A stretch of DNA of 64,000 bases from Candidatus Krumholzibacteriia bacterium (GCA_024762975.1 JANTGJ010000002.1:5235-69234); one strand, 5' to 3'. Positions 17,841 through 27,915 are shown, counted from the stretch's first letter. Made by a program: numbers and translations. Notes: generated from the sequence alone by a model not told the origin.

Positions 17841-18295
17841 TTCTGAAAGCGATTTGCATCAGCGCGGAAAAGGGTACGGTCAAGACCCCGGTGCCGGTGG
17901 CGGTCCTGAAACCCGAACACGGACTCGAGGGCGATGCTCACGCCGGCAAGTGGCACCGCCAGGTCTCCCTGCTCCCTGCAGAAAGCATTGGAAAAGTGCG
18001 CGCGCTCCTGCCGGAACTGGCTGATGGCGCCTTTGCCGAGAACCTGATCACCGAAGGAGTCGACCTGGCGGGAGTGGCCATCGGCGACCGGATTACCGTG
18101 GGCGAGGCCGTCCTCAAAGTCACCCAGATCGGCAAGGAATGCCACCAGGGGTGCGCTATCCGCGAGATTACCGGCGACTGTATCATGCCCCGGGAAGGGA
18201 TCTTTTGCCGGGTGTTGGCGGGAGGAAAAATCGCCCCGGGCAGCACCGTGGACCTCGAGAGCGGACTCCAGGACCGTTCGTTTCCCGCCTTGTAG
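17834..18295 (+). CDS. MOSC-domain protein (MoCo sulfurase C-terminal-like).
   Basis: MGVLKAICIS...LEGDAHAG...QVSLLPAESI...CHQGCAIREITGDCIMPREGIFCRVL matches the MOSC beta-barrel family. Placed between moaA and the molybdate transporter. Confidence 0.8.
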   Translation: MGVLKAICISAEKGTVKTPVPVAVLKPEHGLEGDAHAGKWHRQVSLLPAESIGKVRALLPELADGAFAENLITEGVDLAGVAIGDRITVGEAVLKVTQIGKECHQGCAIREITGDCIMPREGIFCRVLAGGKIAPGSTVDLESGLQDRSFPAL

Positions 18296-18315
18296 GGGAC
18301 CGGGAGCGCAGACCT

Positions 18316-19482
18316 ATGCCGCAGCCTGTCCCGCATTGGCGATGGAAGAAAGAGATCAGTGGCGCTGTTGGTGATCTGGGCATCACCATTCCCTTGGCCT
18401 ACGCCCTGGTGGTGACCGCCGGATTCCCGCCCGGGCGAATTTTTTTCTTGTGGGGGACAGCGTACGTCCTGACGGGTCTGTTCTACCGTGTGCCGGTCAG
18501 TATCCAGCCTCTGAAGGCCATGGCGGTGATCGTCATTTCCGGCACCGTGAGTCCGTCCGTTTTGACCACGGCTGCGGTGGGGTACGGAATCCTGTTCCTG
18601 CTGCTGGCGGTTACCGGTGTGGTACCCCTGATTCGCAAGGCTTTCAGTGAGCCCCTGGTGCGAGGTGTGCAACTGGGGATCGGACTGATGTTGGCTCGCA
18701 AGGCGTGGGGCCTGGTGTCCGGGCATCCGTTCCTTCTGCGGGGCTCGGAGGTTCCGGGTTGGATTTCCTGGGTGGCGGTGCTGCTCATCGTGGTCCTGCT
18801 GGTGCTCCCCCGATTGCGGTCACGGCCCGGAATCGTGCTGGGTGTTCTGGCCGCGGGTCTGGCCAGCGGTGTCATCCTGGGCCGGGGGGAGGTGGCTGCC
18901 GGCCCGCCCGGCGGCGTGATTGCATGGACCCCACCGCAATGGCATCTGCTGGGCCCGGCGTTCTTCCTTCTCATGCTGCCCCAACTGCCCCTGACACTGG
19001 GCAACGCTGTGATCGCCGAGGAAGATGTTTGCCGGATCAGTTTCGGGGAACGCGCCGGACGCGTGACGGTGGCGCGACTGGCCGGTTCCATCGGCCTGCT
19101 GGATGTGGCGATGGGCCTTCTGGGTGGTTTCCCGGTCTGTCACGGCGCCGGCGGCAGCATGGCCCATGCCCGTTTTGGAGGTCGCACCGGGCGGACGACG
19201 ATTCTCCTGGGGGGGATCTACGTCCTGCTGGCAGTGATTCCATCCGGGGCGGACTTCCTCTTCCTGATTCCGGTGCCGCTCCTGGGGGCTCTGCTGCTGG
19301 GCGTCAGTTGGGGTATGATCCGTTTGGTGGCTCTGCTGCCGGACCTGCAACAGACGGCCATTGCGGTGACGGTTGGCCTGGTAGGATTTTTCGTACGCAA
19401 TCTGGCGATTGCCCTGGCGGTGGGCTGGGTGCTGCAGATGCTGTTGAATCACTGGAGACGGAGTCGAGAGCCGGTCTCGTAG
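18316..19482 (+). CDS. MOT1-family molybdate transporter.
   Basis: Two MOT1 signature motifs: VPVSIQPLKAMAVIV and FPVCHGAGGSMAHARFGGRTG. About 10 predicted TM helices. ATG at 18316. The upstream ORF-track extension overlaps the MOSC gene and is rejected. Confidence 0.8.
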   Translation: MPQPVPHWRWKKEISGAVGDLGITIPLAYALVVTAGFPPGRIFFLWGTAYVLTGLFYRVPVSIQPLKAMAVIVISGTVSPSVLTTAAVGYGILFLLLAVTGVVPLIRKAFSEPLVRGVQLGIGLMLARKAWGLVSGHPFLLRGSEVPGWISWVAVLLIVVLLVLPRLRSRPGIVLGVLAAGLASGVILGRGEVAAGPPGGVIAWTPPQWHLLGPAFFLLMLPQLPLTLGNAVIAEEDVCRISFGERAGRVTVARLAGSIGLLDVAMGLLGGFPVCHGAGGSMAHARFGGRTGRTTILLGGIYVLLAVIPSGADFLFLIPVPLLGALLLGVSWGMIRLVALLPDLQQTAIAVTVGLVGFFVRNLAIALAVGWVLQMLLNHWRRSREPVS

Positions 19483-19503
19483 TCGTGTACGGCCGCCTTG
19501 CGT

Positions 19504-21315
19504 CTATTTCTTTTTCCCCGCCCCACCGGGTTTCTTTTTCCTGGTTTTTGCCGCTTTTGCTGGCTTGCGAGGTTTGTGTCCCGCTGCAGTTTCCTGGCGC
19601 GGCGGCCGGGAACGCCTACCCTGGCCACCGGCGGTCCCTCGACGCCCGCTCTGGCCATCCCGCGCCCGGGAAAACCGGATCACTTTTCCACCGATCCGGG
19701 CCGTCTGGAGCTTCGCGATCATGCCCTCGGGAATATCGTCCGGCATTTCGACCGTCGAGTAATTCGGATAGATTCGCACCTGCCCGATGAACCGGCTACG
19801 GATCCCCGTCTCGCCGGTAATGGCGCCCACGATGTTCCGCACTTCGATTCCGTCCTCGGAGCCGACCTCGATCCGGAAGAGCGCCATATTGGCGGGCCCG
19901 CCGCGGCGACCCCCGCCCCCGCCGCCGCCGCGACGATCCCCGCGGCCGTCCCGGCGAGCCGGCGGATCATCCCACCGCCCGATCTGCAGATCCGGAGTCA
20001 TGTCCGCCCGCAACGGCTTGTCCTGCTGGGCCAGGCAGAGCGCACTGGCCGCCAGCTGGATGATGTCGATCTCCAGCGACTCCATCAATTCGAAGGCCAA
20101 AGTCTCGAAGAAATCCTGACGCTCTTCGGCCATCACACCGGCGAGTTTCTCCTGGAATTTCTCGACGCGCCGGGCCGTCACCTCATCGTGTGTCGGCAGT
20201 TCCATCGGTTTCAGTTTCTGGCGTGTGACCCGCTCGATGGTCTGCAGCACGCGACGCTCGCGGGGCCCCAGAAAAAGGATCGCCTTGCCCGCCCGTCCGG
20301 CCCGGCCGGTGCGGCCGATCCGGTGCACATAGGCGTCCAGGTCGCCCGGCAGGTCGTAGTTGATCACCAGTGAAATCCGGTCCACGTCCAGGCCGCGGGC
20401 GGCGACATCGGTAGCAACGACCAGATTCACCTGTCCGTTCTTGAGCCGCTTGATCGTACGCTCGCGTGCTCGCTGATCCATGTCCCCGTTCAGGGCGGCC
20501 ACATCGTAGCCGCGCGCGGACAGTTTCTCGGCCAGTGAGGTGGTCTCCAGGCGCGTGCGGGTGAAGATGAGCACACCGTCGTAGGACTCGCTCTCGAGGA
20601 TCCGGGCCAGCGCCTCGAATTTCACGAACGGCCGCAACACCAGATAAGCCTGGTCGATGTTGTCCGCCGTGATCGTCTTGGCCTCGATGCGCATCTCCAC
20701 CGGGTCGTTCAGGTGGCGATTGCAGATGTGCCGGATCTGCGGCGGCATGGTGGCCGAAAAAAGAGCCAGCTGCCGTTCCGCGGGTGCGAGCGCCATGATG
20801 GCTTCCACCTCGTCGACAAACCCCATGCGCAGCATCTCGTCCGCCTCGTCCAGCACGATGCTGTGAATGCCGTCCAGTTTCAGCGTGCCGCGATCCAGGT
20901 GATCCTGGATCCGTCCCGGCGTTCCGACGATGACCTGCGGTCCTCGACGCAGCTGATTGAACTGGAAGGAGTAGCGCTGTCCGCCGTAGATCGGACATAC
21001 GTGGAATCCGGGCAGGTGACGGGCGAAGCTCTGGAACGCTTCGGCAACCTGGATGGCCAATTCGCGGGTCGGCGCCAGGACCAGGACCTGGGGATAGGTC
21101 CCCTTCAGGTCGATTCGCGCCAACAGGGGCAGCGCAAAGGCGGCCGTCTTGCCGGTGCCGGTCTGGGCCAGGCCCAGCACATCGCGACCTTCGAGCAACG
21201 GAGGGATGCACGCGGCCTGGATGGGCAGCGGAGTCTCGTAGCCCATTTCCTGAACGGCGCTCAACAGAGCGGGGGGCAGGTTCAACTCATTGAACCCGAC
21301 TTGATCCTGGGACAT
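19504..21315 (-). CDS. DEAD-box ATP-dependent RNA helicase (DeaD/CsdA-like) with DbpA-type RNA-binding domain and a C-terminal RGG/Gly-rich plus Lys-rich tail.
   Basis: Q-motif, AQTGTGKT, DEAD, SAT and HRIGRTGRAG motifs. C-terminal ...RRDGRGDRRGGGGGGGRRGG... then ...KPRKPAKAAKTRKKKPGGAGKKK. Confidence 0.95.
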   Translation of the reverse strand: MSQDQVGFNELNLPPALLSAVQEMGYETPLPIQAACIPPLLEGRDVLGLAQTGTGKTAAFALPLLARIDLKGTYPQVLVLAPTRELAIQVAEAFQSFARHLPGFHVCPIYGGQRYSFQFNQLRRGPQVIVGTPGRIQDHLDRGTLKLDGIHSIVLDEADEMLRMGFVDEVEAIMALAPAERQLALFSATMPPQIRHICNRHLNDPVEMRIEAKTITADNIDQAYLVLRPFVKFEALARILESESYDGVLIFTRTRLETTSLAEKLSARGYDVAALNGDMDQRARERTIKRLKNGQVNLVVATDVAARGLDVDRISLVINYDLPGDLDAYVHRIGRTGRAGRAGKAILFLGPRERRVLQTIERVTRQKLKPMELPTHDEVTARRVEKFQEKLAGVMAEERQDFFETLAFELMESLEIDIIQLAASALCLAQQDKPLRADMTPDLQIGRWDDPPARRDGRGDRRGGGGGGGRRGGPANMALFRIEVGSEDGIEVRNIVGAITGETGIRSRFIGQVRIYPNYSTVEMPDDIPEGMIAKLQTARIGGKVIRFSRARDGQSGRRGTAGGQGRRSRPPRQETAAGHKPRKPAKAAKTRKKKPGGAGKKK

Positions 21316-21455
21316 GCGAGGTCTCCGATGGGACGGGAATACGCAAGAGGCGTGCGGCAGACAGGTTCAAAGGAAGTAAATATCTGGGAAAAATCCACAA
21401 AAAGGGCCGATCGGGGCCTTGATTCCCGGAATCTCCAGGCGGGCCTCCGGCGAAA

Positions 21456-21638
21456 TCAGTCGGCTCTTCGAAATATCCAAAGCCCCACACTGGCGAGAAA
21501 TATTCCGACAAATACTCCGGTGAATTGGCGGTGGCCAAAGACGGTGCCATTGCCGATACCCAGGGTATCTGCGAGGATCGAGATCCCCAGAAGCACAGTT
21601 CCAATGACCAGAAGGGCGTTTCCCGTCATTCGCTGCAT
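21456..21638 (-). CDS. Putative small membrane protein (60 aa, two TM helices).
   Basis: MQRMTGNALLVIGTVLLGISILADTLGIGNG...GVFVGIFLASVGLWIFRRAD. AAGGA lies 13 nt upstream. No homology claimed. Confidence 0.35.
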   Translation of the reverse strand: MQRMTGNALLVIGTVLLGISILADTLGIGNGTVFGHRQFTGVFVGIFLASVGLWIFRRAD

Positions 21639-21778
21639 ATGTGTCACGGTTTCCTTGGCCGATGTCCTACCCTGCGTTGTCCCTCCGATCGGAGAATAAC
21701 ACAAGTTGTGCTTCGAGTGAACAATTCCTGTCCCCCGATTCCCGGCAGTCGAGTCGGGGCCGCGATCCTCCCGGTCAG

Positions 21779-23566
21779 TTATTCCGGGCGGTACAACCGG
21801 TCAATAATGTCCTTGTAGTGCTTCATGATCACTCTGCGCTTGATCTTCAGTGTGGGGGTGATCTCGCCGCGCGGCAGGCTGAAGGGATTTTCCAGCAGGT
21901 GGAATTTCTTGATCCGCTCGAAGCGGGCCAGTCCTCCGGATTGGCGCTGGATCCGATCACGGAAGAATTCGACGACGTTGGCGTTGCGCAACAGATCGGC
22001 GCGGTCGGCGAATTTGATCCGTTGTCCGGTCGCCCAGGTTTCCAGGGCTTCGAATGAGGGCGAGATCAGCGCTCCCACGAAGCGACGACCGTCCCCCACG
22101 ACGGCGATCTGCTCGATATAGTGATCCTTGCCGATCTGCATCTCGATGTTGGCCGGTGCGATGTTCTTGCCGCCGCTGGTAATGATCAGGTCCTTGATGC
22201 GATCGGTCACCCGCACAAAGCCGTCGGGAGTGATCTCTCCGACATCCCCGGTTTTCAGCCAACCGTCTTCGGTGAAGGTCTCCGCCGTGTCTTCGGGGCG
22301 ATTCCAGTAGCCCAGCATCACATTCGGCCCGCGGACCTGGATCTCACCGGCGTCCCCGATGCGCACTTCGCAGCCCTTCACGGGCTTGCCGACGGTTCCG
22401 AACCGGAGGCCGCTGCGGCTGTTGCACGAGATCATGGGCGCCGTCTCGGTCAGGCCATAGCCCTGGCAGACGAGCAGTCCGGCAGCGAAGAAAGCTTCCT
22501 CGATCTCCTTTGCCAGCGCAGCACCGCCGGCGGCAAAGAAATTTTTCGGACCGCCGACCACGGCGCGGATCTTTCCCAGAACCAGCCGATCGGCGAGAAA
22601 GTGCCGCAAGTGCAACCACGGCGAGATCCTCTGGTGGTCGAGACGGCGATGCTGATAGATGCCGCCGACGCGCAGGGCCCATTCGAAAAGCCGGCGCCGG
22701 GCCGGGCTGCCCCTCTCGACACGGTCGAACATCGCGGCGTGGATCTTCTCGTACAGGCGCGGAACGCCGGACATGGCTGTCGGTTTGACTTCGGCCATGG
22801 CCTCGACGATCCGCTTGGGGTCCAGCAGATAGCAGTTGGTGGCGCCCTGGTGAAATACGCAGAAGGTCCAACTGCGCTCGAAGGAATGGCTGAGCGGCAG
22901 GAAACAAAGCGAACGATCGTCGGGACCGACCTCGAAGCGGTCATTCACGGCCGCGATCTGGTGGAAAATATTGGCGTGGTTCAGCATCACGCCTTTCGGA
23001 TCACCGGTCGTACCGCTGGTGTAGATAATCGTCAGAAGATCCTGCGGGCGAATGGCGGACTGGCGCGCGGCAATCTCGTCGGCATGGGGCAGGTTCTCCG
23101 CGGCGGCCGCCCAGGCGGCGAAACTCTCGTAGCCCGCACTCGAATCACAGGCCTCGTCCTCGATCACCAGAATCGTCTTGAGGTCCGGCAACTCGTTCCG
23201 CACTTCGCGCACGGCCTCGAGCTCCTGCTTGCCGCCGACGAACAGCACCTGAACCTGGGCGTCGCGCACGATGTGCGCCACCTGAGGTCCGGTGAGGGTG
23301 GGATAGAGAGGCACGACGACAGCCTGTGCGCGCTGGATGCCGAAATCGGCGATCGACCAGGCGGGGCGGTTCCAGGACATGATCCCCACGCGGTCGCCGG
23401 GCTGAATTCCCAATTCGACCAGGCCCATCGCCACGGCATCGACCGACCGGTTCATCGCCGCGTACGAGATGTCCCGCCAGATTCCGGACGCGCGAAAGCG
23501 CAGGGCGGGATGATCCCCCAATTCCGCGGCACGGTCCGCGAGCATCGATGGCAAATTCGAGTACAT
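21779..23566 (-). CDS. Long-chain-fatty-acid--CoA ligase (AMP-dependent synthetase, FadD-type).
   Basis: TSGTTGDPKGV AMP-binding motif, GYGLTET, ITSGGKNIAP. ATG at 23564-23566. The ORF-track extension lacks support. Confidence 0.9.
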   Translation of the reverse strand: MYSNLPSMLADRAAELGDHPALRFRASGIWRDISYAAMNRSVDAVAMGLVELGIQPGDRVGIMSWNRPAWSIADFGIQRAQAVVVPLYPTLTGPQVAHIVRDAQVQVLFVGGKQELEAVREVRNELPDLKTILVIEDEACDSSAGYESFAAWAAAAENLPHADEIAARQSAIRPQDLLTIIYTSGTTGDPKGVMLNHANIFHQIAAVNDRFEVGPDDRSLCFLPLSHSFERSWTFCVFHQGATNCYLLDPKRIVEAMAEVKPTAMSGVPRLYEKIHAAMFDRVERGSPARRRLFEWALRVGGIYQHRRLDHQRISPWLHLRHFLADRLVLGKIRAVVGGPKNFFAAGGAALAKEIEEAFFAAGLLVCQGYGLTETAPMISCNSRSGLRFGTVGKPVKGCEVRIGDAGEIQVRGPNVMLGYWNRPEDTAETFTEDGWLKTGDVGEITPDGFVRVTDRIKDLIITSGGKNIAPANIEMQIGKDHYIEQIAVVGDGRRFVGALISPSFEALETWATGQRIKFADRADLLRNANVVEFFRDRIQRQSGGLARFERIKKFHLLENPFSLPRGEITPTLKIKRRVIMKHYKDIIDRLYRPE

Positions 23567-23691
23567 GGAGCCCCCGTAGTCAATGGAACAGCATCGCGAT
23601 AGTATATGCTGATGCGGCGGCAATTCCCATGGCGGAAGTGCAGATTTTCCGTTGTGGTGCGGGGGTGGGAAGTCGGAGGTGGCTTGAACCA

Positions 23692-23728
23692 ATGAAAAGG
23701 GCCCCGGGGTGAGTTCACCTCGGGGCCC
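23692..23728 (-). terminator. Rho-independent terminator for the lipoprotein gene: GC hairpin gggccccgagg...cctcggggccc followed by UUUUCAUU on the minus strand.
   Basis: 10-bp stem with one mismatch and a T-tract in the transcribed orientation, 48 bp after the stop at 23776. Confidence 0.55.
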
Positions 23729-23775
23729 GATCGAAGCGGCCGATCCACAAGCCGGACCGGCCGGTGTGCCTGGGA

Positions 23776-25380
23776 CTATTTCTTGGTCAGACCGCCGTTC
23801 TTGTCATAGATCGATCCGGTCTGCAGCTCGGCCTGGAACTCCATCACGCGTTCGATGGTCACATCCGCTCCCCCATCGGTGACGACCAGATCGAATACGT
23901 GCCACCAGCCTGTGAGGTCGGCATTGGTCAGTGAGAGGTCGGCCGCGGCGTACTGCCGAACTTCACCGGCGGCTTCCAGCTGGACCGAAGCGCCCGACGC
24001 CTTGAGGCCCGCACTGTCGTCGTCGGAATAGTTGTGCACCCAGTACTGGAACCGGCCCTCATACAGGCGCGTCCCGGAGATTACTTCAGGTCCATAGGAA
24101 CTGGTGTCGTCCGTATCGAGCGCAGCGAAGGGGTCCTGGCTCAGATCACCCTCGTTGCTGTAGTAGAGCTGGTAGTAATCGTAGCCGTCATCCCAGGTCA
24201 TTGGAATGTACAGGTGCGAATCGAGATCCGAAGGATTCTCACCCCAGGTCAGGCTGATCGTGTAGGCAGGCACGCGCAGCACGAGCGGGTTGACCAGCAG
24301 GACGGGACAAACTTCCTCCACGGTGACCATCTGCGGATCGCTGGCGCGACTGCCGGAAACGGCCCACACGTTCGTCACCGAGTTCTTCAGGGCATTGACG
24401 GTGTAGGTGCCGTCGGAGGCGGTATAGGTGTCGGCCATGATGGCGGCATCCACGCCCTGGCTCAGAACCCGGGCGCCGCTGACCGGATCCCCCTGATCAT
24501 CGACCACGGTACCGGTAATGCTGCAGATGTCGGTGACCGGTACGTCCCAGTTCCAGGTCGTGAAGTGAGCCACATCGGCGGTGTAGGTGTTGTCGGTCAG
24601 GGTCGCTTCGCCTTCTTCTTTCCATACGCCTTCGGTCTCGTCGTAGTACCACATCGGGATGGTCGCCGGTGCGGTGGCAGCCTTCTTGGGACTGATCGAG
24701 AGACTGAGCTGGGCGGTCGTGCCGTCGGCGAGGGACAACGGAGCCTTGTTCTCGCCCGTCATCTTGACGGTCATGAAACCGTAGCTGACCAGCGGTACTT
24801 CCGAGCCGTCGTCGCGGATGCCCTCGAAATTGCCGGGGAAGGTACCGTAGAAGTTGTCATCATCGGTGCCCATGGCGTTGATCTCGACGTTGACATTGCC
24901 GGTATAGGGATCGCCCGCACCGGTAACAAACCCGTTGGCTGCGAAATCCACGGCTCCGGTTCGATCGCTGGTCGCGACTTCGCCGCCCGCGGTGGCGTCG
25001 ACGGTTCCGGTTTCCACTGCCATCAGCACCACATTGGGGTAGTGGGTCGCGGCGGTCGTACGCACATCGGCCAAGCGGAAGGTGGACATGTAGCCGTCGT
25101 TGCTGAACTCGATCAGCGCTTCGCCTTCGGGCACGGCGGCCAGCACGAAGTAGCCGTCCTCGTTCGTTGTGGTGCTCAGCGTTCCCGTGGCCACATCGGC
25201 ACCACTCATCGGAGACCCGTTGGCCCGCATGACGATGCCGGAAACCGAACCGACATGGCCGCCGGTGTTGTTGCCGCCGCCATCGGGTTCGGTCGGGTTG
25301 TTGTCATCCGAGCAGCCGAATACCAGAGCCAGGCTCATGGTCAGAGCGAACAGCATCATCAGAATTTTGGTCGTTTTCAA
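23776..25380 (-). CDS. Secreted lipoprotein with two carboxypeptidase-regulatory-like beta-sandwich domains.
   Basis: TTG start at 25380 with GGAGG 11 nt upstream. MKTTKILMMLFALTMSLALVFGCS lipobox. GIVMRANGSPMSGADVATG...DGYFVL and ITGTVVDDQGDPVSGARV...DGTYTV segments. Confidence 0.75.
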   Translation of the reverse strand: MKTTKILMMLFALTMSLALVFGCSDDNNPTEPDGGGNNTGGHVGSVSGIVMRANGSPMSGADVATGTLSTTTNEDGYFVLAAVPEGEALIEFSNDGYMSTFRLADVRTTAATHYPNVVLMAVETGTVDATAGGEVATSDRTGAVDFAANGFVTGAGDPYTGNVNVEINAMGTDDDNFYGTFPGNFEGIRDDGSEVPLVSYGFMTVKMTGENKAPLSLADGTTAQLSLSISPKKAATAPATIPMWYYDETEGVWKEEGEATLTDNTYTADVAHFTTWNWDVPVTDICSITGTVVDDQGDPVSGARVLSQGVDAAIMADTYTASDGTYTVNALKNSVTNVWAVSGSRASDPQMVTVEEVCPVLLVNPLVLRVPAYTISLTWGENPSDLDSHLYIPMTWDDGYDYYQLYYSNEGDLSQDPFAALDTDDTSSYGPEVISGTRLYEGRFQYWVHNYSDDDSAGLKASGASVQLEAAGEVRQYAAADLSLTNADLTGWWHVFDLVVTDGGADVTIERVMEFQAELQTGSIYDKNGGLTKK

Positions 25381-25677
25381 TGGATCGTACCTCCGGTTGT
25401 GTCAACAAATCGAGAGCGCAATTGCCTACCGCGACCCGGGGCGAGAAGAAGTCGGGTACGCCCCGGCACGGTACGCATTTCAAATGTCACGAGCATCATA
25501 GACTGGAATGGTGCCGGTTGACCAGCTTTGATCGACCGGCGATCCGAAGCATTTTCGGTGCCATCTTGTCGCGGCACGAGGCGATCGAATCCCTTGACCC
25601 ACGCCGTGCGGGACAGCATTCTTGCCGGACCCCCGAACCGTCCCCTTTCGGCCTCTGCGCCGCGCAAAGGAGCACCG

Positions 25678-27756
25678 ATGCGTATCTCGTCCCTAGCCGT
25701 TCTCATTCTCTTTTTGCTGTCTTTGGCTGCGGTGACGGTCGCCGCCGGCGAAGATCCCTATCTCTGGCTGGAGGAGGTGGAAGGTGAAAAAGCCCTGGCC
25801 TGGGTGCAGGAGCGCAGCAACCAGGATACCGCGGAATTGGAGGCAGTCCCCGAATTCCAGAAAATTCACGAGGAACTGCTGGAAATCTACAATTCGAGTG
25901 AACGAATTCCCTACGCCGGAGTGGCTGGAGAGTACCTCTACAACTTCTGGCAGGATGCTGACCATGTGCGCGGCATCTGGCGCCGCACCCGTCTGAAGAG
26001 TTACCTCTCGGACGAGACCGAATGGGAATTGGTGCTGGATATCGATGCGTTGGCCGAGGCCGAAGGCGAAAACTGGGTGTGGAAGGGCGCACAGGGGCTG
26101 TATCCGGAGTATACCCGCTACCTGGTCTCGCTCTCGCGAGGTGGCGGCGACGCCGTGGTCGTGCGCGAATTCGATGCCACGACGAAGACCTGGGTTGAAG
26201 GCGGTTTCGAATTGGCCGAGGCCAAGTCCAATATCTCCTGGCGGGATAGAGACACGGTGTGGCTCGGAACCGATTTCGGCGAGGGATCGCTGACCGATTC
26301 GGGATATCCGCGGATCGTGAAATTGTGGACGCGCGGCACCGACCTGTCCGCCGCAGAGACGATCTTCACCGGCGAGACGACGGATGTTTCGGCGAGTGGG
26401 TATACCGTGCATACGCCCGAAGGAAACTACGACGTCGTGTCGCGTACGCCCGAGTTTTTCCGGGGCATGACCTACCTGTACCGTGGCGGCGAGTTGATTC
26501 GGCTCGGCTTTCCCGACGACGCGAGTTTCAACGGGATTTTCCGCGGTCAGCTGATGGTCAATCTGCGCAGCGACTGGACTCCCGCGGGCCGGACCTATCC
26601 TTCGGACGCGCTTCTGGCGATCGATCTGGAAAAATTCCTCGGTGGTGCCCGGGATTTCGATCTGCTGTTCGAGCCCGGTGAGCGTGTCAGCCTGGCCGGC
26701 TCGGCGACAACCGAGAACTTCCTGCTGTATACGACGCTCGACAACGTCACCAGCCGCCTCTACAAACTGACCTTCCAGGACGGGAATTGGAAGCGCAGCG
26801 AGGTCGCGCTGCCCGGGTTGGGCAGTGCCGGCGTGTTCGGGACCAGTGACTCCAGCGACGACTATTTTCTGACCTATACCGACTTCCTGACACCGGCGAG
26901 CCTGTACTACGTCGGCGAGAACGGGAAGCCGGAGTTGGCCAAGAGTTCGCCCGCGTTTTTCGACACCGAGGGCATGAAGGTCCAACAGTACGAAGCGCAA
27001 TCCAAGGACGGGACGATGATCCCGTACTTCCTGGTCACCCCCCGGGGATTCCAGGCCGACGGTAAGAATCCGACGATGTTGTACGGCTATGGCGGATTCG
27101 AGATCAGCATGCGGCCGCGCTACAGCGGGACCACGGGGCGGGCCTGGGTCGAACGCGGTGGCGTGTATGTACTGGCCAACATCCGCGGCGGTGGCGAATT
27201 CGGACCCAAGTGGCACAAGGGAGCCGTGCAGGAGAATCACCAACACAACTTCGATGACTTCATTGCCGTGGCCGAGGATTTGATTCAGCGGAAAATCACT
27301 TCCCCCCGCCACCTGGGCATCGTCGGCGGATCGCAGGGCGGCCTGCTGGTCGGCGGTACCTTCGTGCAGCGTCCCGAACTGTTCGAGGCCGTCGTTTGCC
27401 AGGTGCCGCTGCTGGACATGAAGCGATTCAACAAGCTACTGGCCGGAGCGAGTTGGATGGCGGAATATGGCAACCCGGATACGGAAGACTGGGACAACTT
27501 CATGAAATTCTGGTCGCCCTACCAGAATCTGGATGCGAAGAAGGACTATCCGAAAGTCTTCTTCACGACCTCGACCCGGGATGACCGGGTTCACCCGGGC
27601 CACGCGCGCAAGATGGTCCGTTGGTTCGTGGATCACGACAAACCGGTCTACTACTTCGAGAACACCGAAGGCGGCCACGCCGGCGCTGCGAACCAGAACC
27701 AACGAGCCTACATGTGGTCCCTGACCTACGCCTATCTGTGGAAGATGCTGCGCTAG
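25678..27756 (+). CDS. Prolyl oligopeptidase (S9A family).
   Basis: AAAGGAG before ATG 25678. Signal peptide MRISSLAVLILFLLSLAAVTVAA. Beta-propeller plus GGSQGGLLVG nucleophile motif. C-terminal DDRVHP...GGHAG typical of POP. Confidence 0.9.
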   Translation: MRISSLAVLILFLLSLAAVTVAAGEDPYLWLEEVEGEKALAWVQERSNQDTAELEAVPEFQKIHEELLEIYNSSERIPYAGVAGEYLYNFWQDADHVRGIWRRTRLKSYLSDETEWELVLDIDALAEAEGENWVWKGAQGLYPEYTRYLVSLSRGGGDAVVVREFDATTKTWVEGGFELAEAKSNISWRDRDTVWLGTDFGEGSLTDSGYPRIVKLWTRGTDLSAAETIFTGETTDVSASGYTVHTPEGNYDVVSRTPEFFRGMTYLYRGGELIRLGFPDDASFNGIFRGQLMVNLRSDWTPAGRTYPSDALLAIDLEKFLGGARDFDLLFEPGERVSLAGSATTENFLLYTTLDNVTSRLYKLTFQDGNWKRSEVALPGLGSAGVFGTSDSSDDYFLTYTDFLTPASLYYVGENGKPELAKSSPAFFDTEGMKVQQYEAQSKDGTMIPYFLVTPRGFQADGKNPTMLYGYGGFEISMRPRYSGTTGRAWVERGGVYVLANIRGGGEFGPKWHKGAVQENHQHNFDDFIAVAEDLIQRKITSPRHLGIVGGSQGGLLVGGTFVQRPELFEAVVCQVPLLDMKRFNKLLAGASWMAEYGNPDTEDWDNFMKFWSPYQNLDAKKDYPKVFFTTSTRDDRVHPGHARKMVRWFVDHDKPVYYFENTEGGHAGAANQNQRAYMWSLTYAYLWKMLR

Positions 27757-27788
27757 ACGGGATTCCTCTAGAGCCTGTACTTCGACCA

Positions 27789-27830
27789 CCCCTGACCGGC
27801 TTTGCAGCCGGTCGGGGGTTCGCTGTTTCC
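27789..27830 (+). terminator. Terminator hairpin after the prolyl oligopeptidase gene: 13-bp stem, UUGC loop, then UUCGCUGUUUCC.
   Basis: ccccugaccggcu-uugc-agccggucggggg with one G-U pair, 33 bp after the stop. Confidence 0.5.
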
Positions 27831-27915
27831 GGGATGTGGCCGCCGCCCGCCTCCAATCCCCCGATCGGGCGGGCGGCGACCGCCTGTTCTGCTGGGGCGA
27901 TCCCGTGGACCGGCT

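Noticed and set aside
18139-18315. N-terminal 59-codon extension of the MOT1 transporter ORF.
   Set aside because: It overlaps the MOSC gene in another frame. The internal ATG at 18316 sits 20 bp after the MOSC stop and starts directly at the first conserved segment.
22121-23602. 493-aa plus-strand ORF, and the 25693-27312 minus-strand ORF.
   Set aside because: Antisense to the FadD ligase and prolyl oligopeptidase respectively. No motifs.
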